Positions 59,087 through 64,000 of a stretch of 64,000 bases of DNA are shown here, piece by piece. The translations under genes were made by a program, and so were the position numbers. Source of the stretch: a virus; IMG/VR virus record IMGVR_UViG_3300043775_001610, positions 32,001 to 96,000 of that record. One strand, written 5' to 3'. Below the pieces are notes generated by a model. It searched no databases. It had not been told where the DNA came from and was given only the letters and a program-made list of their open reading frames with translations. The first letter of the stretch is position 1. Each line of letters opens with the position of its first letter.

Positions 59087-59274
59087 TGCCAGTATATGAA
59101 TATAAGTGCTCATATGATGAAGCACATGCATTAATGTCAGTAAATAGATCAATTGCAGATAGTGATCCAGGTTATACATGTGTTGAATGTGATTCAAGTA
59201 TGATAAGACATTTTACCCCATTTGGTATACAATTTAAAGGTAATGGCTTTTATAAAACAGATAATCCTAAATAG
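59086..59274 (+). CDS. FmdB-family zinc-ribbon protein
   Basis: MPVYEYKC...CVEC...FKGNGFYKTD. Confidence 0.8.
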   Translation: MPVYEYKCSYDEAHALMSVNRSIADSDPGYTCVECDSSMIRHFTPFGIQFKGNGFYKTDNPK

Positions 59275-59325
59275 CTAAAGTGGTATAATTGCTAGGTAGA
59301 CATATTGTTTACTTAGGGGCCCTAC

Positions 59326-61527
59326 TTGACAAGGAATAAGTTATTTAGAATAACAGCAGCCACAATGCTTGCATTTGGTTGGCTCTTTATGTCACCCGCT
59401 TATTCTGATGATCCACTAAGCTTAGCAGCTCAAGAAATTGAAGAGCTAAACAATAGCGTTGACGACCTTGGTTACAAGGATGAATTTATATCCTTAATCC
59501 AAGAAGCAAAAGACAAATATGATCTTGCCGTATCTGCAGAAGAAGCCAAGACACAAACCTATGACCTATATGACGACTCCCTTGACGCAAAAGCCACGGC
59601 ACTTGAAGAAAAAGACTTAGCCCAATCAGCAGTAGACGGACAAACAGTAACAGTAGACACTGCTTTAGACAATAAGAATGATGCCTACGATGCCCTTGGA
59701 GTAGCAAACATCAATCTGTCAAACGCTCAGCAAGCATTAGACAGTGCTGGTTCTGCTGGTCTGGCATATGATGTTTATAGTTTAATTAGGGTTGATGGCC
59801 TTGCAGCCACAGATGAATTCTTATGTAGTGGAACACTAAATGGAAACTATATGACTCGCCCAGTTTGTGGTAATAGATATGAAAACTTTATAGTTAAATT
59901 TACTGGACAGATAACTGTACCATCATGGTTTACACAAACTTATTTTGCTGGTTATACAGATGATGGTTTTAGAATGTATATTGATGGAGCATTAGTTGTT
60001 AATAATTGGATAGAGCAAGGAACAACTTGGAGTGCTTATTCTCCTGTATATGATGTAACTGTAGACAAAACATTTGATGTAGAGATATGGTGGTACAACG
60101 GTGGAGGTCCTGGATCCTATCATCTTGGATGGGCTATCCCTGGAGGATGGACTGGTGCAGGTTGTGACTATGCTGGCAACCCAAGAGTATGGGGACAAGA
60201 CTTTAGTTGCAATCTTAATACATTTTCTCATGGATCTGGAGCAACCCAAGAACAAACAAACGCCTACAACAACGCACTTGCTGCAAAGAACTCAGCACAA
60301 GATGTATATAATGACAAACTAAATGTTTATAATCAAGCAGTTTCAACATTAAATAATTATAATCAAATATTAGTTAATAAAACAAACGAATATAACAACG
60401 CAGTTTTAAATGTTGCCACTGCATTGCAAAATAAAAATAATGCTGAAGATGCATACGAGCAGTCAATAAATAATCTTAATAGTGCGATTGATAACGCATG
60501 GCGTTACTATGAAGAACAATTACAAAGAGAGATTCAGTCTGCTATTGCTCAGGCAGCAGCTAACGCTGCAGCCAATCAGCCTACTCCAGAACCAACTCCA
60601 GAACCAACTCCAGAACCTACCCCAGAACCAAGTACTGAACCTACAGATGAACCTACAGATGATCCATCTCCAAAGCCTACAGAGGAACCTACAAATGAGC
60701 CAACAGAGGAGCCAAGCCCTGAGCCTACAGAAGAGCCTACTGAGGAACCAAAGCCCACTCCTACGCCAAAGCCCACTCCTACACCAAAGCCATCTACTGA
60801 GCCTACAGCAGAGCCTACAGAGGAACCAACTCCTGAACCTACAGTAGAACCTACACCAGACCCAGAACCAACTACAGAACCAACTACAGAGCCTACTGAG
60901 GAACCCACAGAAGAGCCTACGCCTGAACCCTCACCAGAACCAGGACCAGATCCTGAGCCTGAAGAAAACCCATGGACTGAGCCAGATGTAGAAGTTAAAG
61001 ATCAGGTTTTAGCAGAACTTATTCCTGAAAAGGGTACAGGAACAGCAGAAGATTTATCTGGAGTTATTGCTAACCTTACAAGCAAGGATAACAAGTTAGT
61101 TACTCTTTCCCCTGAACAAGTAACAGCAGTTAGCCAAACACTTAGAGCCTTGACTCAAGAAGCAAAGGCTGAGGTTGCAGAAGACCTTGGGATTAAGCCT
61201 TCAGAGGTTGCACAAATTGCTGAGCAGATGAAGTCTAACCCAGCACTGGCAGAAGCATTCGTTGAGTTTACAGATAGACAGGCGGAGGCAGGAGAAACTC
61301 CAATGCCATTTACATTAGCAGATGCAGTAACAGAAGTACAAACAGAAGCATTCTTAGCAGACCCACTTGGAACGGTATTTGCGGTGGACCCAGTAGAACT
61401 ACTATCTAATTTTTCTGAATTAGGTATGGATATGACAGATGATCAAAGAGAAAAAGCGCAGGAAGTAATTGTCCCAGTGGTCATTGCATCACAAATTGCA
61501 GGGGCAATGATAAGGAGGAACAAATGA
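59326..61527 (+). CDS. Secreted/membrane protein: signal peptide, coiled coil, PA14 domain, Pro-Thr-Glu stalk
   Basis: Signal-like N-terminus; YTDDGFRMYIDG PA14 motif; PTPE/PTEE repeats; hydrophobic C-terminus. Confidence 0.75.
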   Translation: MTRNKLFRITAATMLAFGWLFMSPAYSDDPLSLAAQEIEELNNSVDDLGYKDEFISLIQEAKDKYDLAVSAEEAKTQTYDLYDDSLDAKATALEEKDLAQSAVDGQTVTVDTALDNKNDAYDALGVANINLSNAQQALDSAGSAGLAYDVYSLIRVDGLAATDEFLCSGTLNGNYMTRPVCGNRYENFIVKFTGQITVPSWFTQTYFAGYTDDGFRMYIDGALVVNNWIEQGTTWSAYSPVYDVTVDKTFDVEIWWYNGGGPGSYHLGWAIPGGWTGAGCDYAGNPRVWGQDFSCNLNTFSHGSGATQEQTNAYNNALAAKNSAQDVYNDKLNVYNQAVSTLNNYNQILVNKTNEYNNAVLNVATALQNKNNAEDAYEQSINNLNSAIDNAWRYYEEQLQREIQSAIAQAAANAAANQPTPEPTPEPTPEPTPEPSTEPTDEPTDDPSPKPTEEPTNEPTEEPSPEPTEEPTEEPKPTPTPKPTPTPKPSTEPTAEPTEEPTPEPTVEPTPDPEPTTEPTTEPTEEPTEEPTPEPSPEPGPDPEPEENPWTEPDVEVKDQVLAELIPEKGTGTAEDLSGVIANLTSKDNKLVTLSPEQVTAVSQTLRALTQEAKAEVAEDLGIKPSEVAQIAEQMKSNPALAEAFVEFTDRQAEAGETPMPFTLADAVTEVQTEAFLADPLGTVFAVDPVELLSNFSELGMDMTDDQREKAQEVIVPVVIASQIAGAMIRRNK
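60580..60960 (+). repeat. Coding tandem 12-nt repeats (PTPE/PTEE)
   Basis: CCAACTCCAGAA / CCTACAGAGGAA-like units. Confidence 0.85.
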
Positions 61528-61754
61528 AGATAATCAAAAATATGCTTAATCTTACAGGCAAGGCAATTAAGGGCTTGGCTAAATGGTTCAAAGACGCGGG
61601 AATGGAGCTAATTGCCCAGGCATTCACCCTCCTAGGCTTCTTTATAGCATGGCTAACTTTGACGGGCTCAGCTAGAGATATTGTTGGAATTGCAGTATTA
61701 ATAACTACTGTAATTTGGCTAATAACTATACCACTTAGAAAAGACGATAAATAG
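61524..61754 (+). CDS. Small 2-TM membrane protein
   Basis: Two hydrophobic stretches. Confidence 0.6.
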   Translation: MKIIKNMLNLTGKAIKGLAKWFKDAGMELIAQAFTLLGFFIAWLTLTGSARDIVGIAVLITTVIWLITIPLRKDDK

Positions 61755-61768
61755 TGTATAATTGTACT

Positions 61769-61990
61769 ATGAGGAAAATATTTTCTATTGCTTTAGCAGG
61801 CTTACTAATGATATCATTAAGTGCATGTTCACCAGAATCTTTAAATAGATACCGATATCCATGCCAAGATCCTAAAAATTGGGAAATTGCAGAATGTAAT
61901 CCTCCAGAATGCGAAGCTACGCAGACTTGCACAAAAGATGTAATAAAAATTACACCTAACACACCAGAACAGGAAATAACAAATGGCTAA
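61769..61990 (+). CDS. Small Cys-rich lipoprotein
   Basis: Lipobox LSAC; TATAAT 6 nt before ATG 61769. Confidence 0.65.
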   Translation: MRKIFSIALAGLLMISLSACSPESLNRYRYPCQDPKNWEIAECNPPECEATQTCTKDVIKITPNTPEQEITNG

Positions 61991-62393
61991 ACAAAAACTA
62001 ACGCCCGCAGATTTAGATGCTCGATTAAAGTTTATTCTAGGAATAACTCTTGGAAGTATTCTTTTTATGACAGCTCTTGGAATTATCTATGGGCTGTTGT
62101 TTGTAACACAACCTATTGGAGCTCAGTCAGAAAATGACAAAATGTTCTTCAATGTTCTAGGTAGCATTGCAACATTTATTACAGGAACACTTGCAGGAAT
62201 TCTAATTGGTAACTCAGGCGCTAAAGATATTATGGCAGCACAGATACAAAATAAAGAAGTAGATGCAAAAAATACACAGGCAGATAAAAAATTAGAAGCA
62301 GAAATTGATGCAACTGCAGCTCGTTTGGCAGCAAAGCCAGATGGAGCAATGCCAGAAGAGCAACCAGTTGATCTAGATTGGGATAAAGACTAA
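61983..62393 (+). CDS. 2-TM membrane protein, possible holin
   Basis: Two TM segments, directly upstream of endolysin. Confidence 0.5.
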   Translation: MAKQKLTPADLDARLKFILGITLGSILFMTALGIIYGLLFVTQPIGAQSENDKMFFNVLGSIATFITGTLAGILIGNSGAKDIMAAQIQNKEVDAKNTQADKKLEAEIDATAARLAAKPDGAMPEEQPVDLDWDKD

Positions 62394-63022
62394 TGGCAGA
62401 ACAAGGTACAGCAGCTCGTCTAATAGAAGTTGCTACAGCAGAGCTAGGAACTATTGAAGGTCCTAAAGACAACGAAACTAAATACGGTGCTTTTATGAAA
62501 GCAAACTTCCAACCATGGTGCGGAAGTTTCGTAAACTGGTGCGGGTCAGAATCTGGCGTAAAGATTCCTAATACTGTTTACACACCAGGAGGTGCAGCAG
62601 CATTTAAAAAAGCTGGTGCTTGGATTGATGTAGATGTTGCAGATCCAGAGCCAGGAGATATAGCGTATTTTGATTTCCCTTCAGATGGCGTCGATAGAAT
62701 TTCTCACGTAGGTATTGTTGTTAAAGACAATGAGGATGGAACTGTTTGGTGTATAGAAGGAAACACATCTTCAAAAAAGTCTGGAAGCCAAAGAAATGGC
62801 GGAGAAGTTTGCAAACAACTTCGTGCTTACAAGAAAAATAAAGCTGGTGTTCTTATTTCAATCGTAGGATTTGGAAGACCAAAGTTTGGGGCTTCAGCAA
62901 CTACAGCAAAAAAGGCGGCGGCATCAAAAGATACTGCACAAAAGATACCAGCAAAGGTAGACCCTAAAGTTAAAGCAGCAATTGATTTATTAACTAAAAA
63001 CGGATATACTGTATCTAAATAA
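62393..63022 (+). CDS. CHAP-domain endolysin/cell-wall peptidase
   Basis: PWCGSFV, PGD, SHVGIV, IEGNT. Confidence 0.85.
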   Translation: MAEQGTAARLIEVATAELGTIEGPKDNETKYGAFMKANFQPWCGSFVNWCGSESGVKIPNTVYTPGGAAAFKKAGAWIDVDVADPEPGDIAYFDFPSDGVDRISHVGIVVKDNEDGTVWCIEGNTSSKKSGSQRNGGEVCKQLRAYKKNKAGVLISIVGFGRPKFGASATTAKKAAASKDTAQKIPAKVDPKVKAAIDLLTKNGYTVSK

Positions 63023-63178
63023 ATGAATAAGTATTTAATAAAGCTAGAAATTTCAGCAGAAGTAGAAGCTTTTGATGAAAACGATGCTAAAGAATATATC
63101 TCTGATATATTTGGTACAGATGATGAAGTAAAATCTGTAAAAATCTCTTCAATAAGAGTAAAAGGGGAAAAAAAATGA
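63023..63178 (+). CDS. 51-aa hypothetical protein (not in ORF track)
   Basis: MNKYLIKLEISAEVEAFDENDAKEY...; ATGA overlap with next gene. Confidence 0.55.
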   Translation: MNKYLIKLEISAEVEAFDENDAKEYISDIFGTDDEVKSVKISSIRVKGEKK

Positions 63179-64000
63179 AATCACTATATGATCTAGAATT
63201 AAATGCAGCAGACGGTACACCAGACTTTTTGAAAAAGTATAAGGGTAAGGTTACAATGTTTGTAAACACTACAGTAGGTTGTGGAAATGCAAACCAAATG
63301 GAGGTCTTAGAGTGGCTTCAGCAGAAATACAAGGACAGAGGCTTTGAGATTGTAGCTCTTCCAACAAATGATTACTGCGGTCCAGGAGTTACAAAGGGAG
63401 CATGGTCACAAGGATTAGTTGAAGGAATGGATTCACAAAACTATGGTTGCGATGTATACGGGACTACATTTGGATTCTCTGAAAAAGTAAACTCAATTCC
63501 AAACAGAGAGATAGTCGGAGATCTAAATGGGATAGACCAGCCATTTGGAGAGCCAAGCGAAGTTTTTAATGTAATTTCAGATCACGCAAATAATTTATGG
63601 GGTAAGGCCCTAGAGCTAGGAATACAATTCCCATTTGACCAGTATTACTCATGGTGGCTATGCCAAGGATTTTATGCTGGAGCAATCCAAGCTGCAAATT
63701 TTGAAAAGTACTTAGTGGACAAAGATGGTTTTGTAGTTAAGCACTATTCTCCTTCAGTTCTAAATCTTGATGTAGAGAAAACACTGAAAGACAATTTGAT
63801 TAAAGATTTAGGATTAGACTACGGAGATTTTGGTGCAGATCTGTCTAGAATACAGCATGGGTCTAATGTTTCTATAGGAGATGGAGGCAGGGTCGAGCTT
63901 GCTGCAGACCATGTATTAATGGTTTCTCATAGACAGCAAATTGCACCAGGTCCAGGACACGGAAGATCATACAAGTTATTTGAAGAAGAATGGTCAGTAG
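63175..64000 (+). CDS. Glutathione peroxidase-like protein (runs off the window end)
   Basis: YKGKVTMFVNTTVGCG, RGFEIVALPTN, NFEKYLVDKDG. Confidence 0.8.
   Translation, partial: MKSLYDLELNAADGTPDFLKKYKGKVTMFVNTTVGCGNANQMEVLEWLQQKYKDRGFEIVALPTNDYCGPGVTKGAWSQGLVEGMDSQNYGCDVYGTTFGFSEKVNSIPNREIVGDLNGIDQPFGEPSEVFNVISDHANNLWGKALELGIQFPFDQYYSWWLCQGFYAGAIQAANFEKYLVDKDGFVVKHYSPSVLNLDVEKTLKDNLIKDLGLDYGDFGADLSRIQHGSNVSIGDGGRVELAADHVLMVSHRQQIAPGPGHGRSYKLFEEEWSV

Noticed and set aside
60576-60908. Minus-strand Gly/Ser/Val ORF and CRISPR-like periodicity
   Set aside because: Antisense shadow of the coding PTPE repeats; no constant repeat with unique spacers
3502-63269. Numerous short minus-strand and nested ORFs in the track
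   Set aside because: They overlap well-supported plus-strand genes and show no recognisable motifs
63280-63282. Possible selenocysteine GPx
   Set aside because: Catalytic codon is TGT (Cys), not TGA
1-64000. Alternative genetic code or stop-codon recoding
   Set aside because: Long intact ORFs under the standard code; TAG, TGA and TAA all end genes; no suppressor tRNA seen

Overview
This 64 kb window is an AT-rich segment of a large tailed (siphovirus-like) bacteriophage genome, with essentially all genes on the + strand. Gene content (ahpC-ahpD pair, actinobacterial-type SSB and DnaE, apparently leaderless genes) suggests an actinobacterial host, plausibly a low-GC freshwater lineage (inference). 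Gene order: five tandem 2OG-Fe(II) oxygenases; a LamG protein; head genes (portal, prohead protease/scaffold, capsid); neck and tail genes, including a -1 frameshifted tail chaperone, a 3514-aa tape measure protein (TMP) and FN3 tail fibres; a replication/recombination block (DnaB, primase, two SSBs, DnaE, RecA, Cas4-like nuclease, two resolvases); terminase; four tRNAs among stress genes (AhpC, AhpD, SDR, Hsp20, SNase); a PA14/Pro-Thr surface protein; a lysis region; and a truncated glutathione-peroxidase-like gene. Two observations stand out. (1) The TMP looks like a polyprotein: about nine [FY/RK]-[NHA]-x-G-G motifs bracket inserted segments that resemble a His-Me nuclease, a HipA-like kinase and an ADP-ribosyltransferase, suggesting effectors injected with the genome. 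(2) Two covarying copies of a compact H-type RNA pseudoknot lie directly after ahpD and hsp20, and one overlaps an anti-Shine-Dalgarno hairpin. All domain calls come from reading motifs by eye; no database searches were run.
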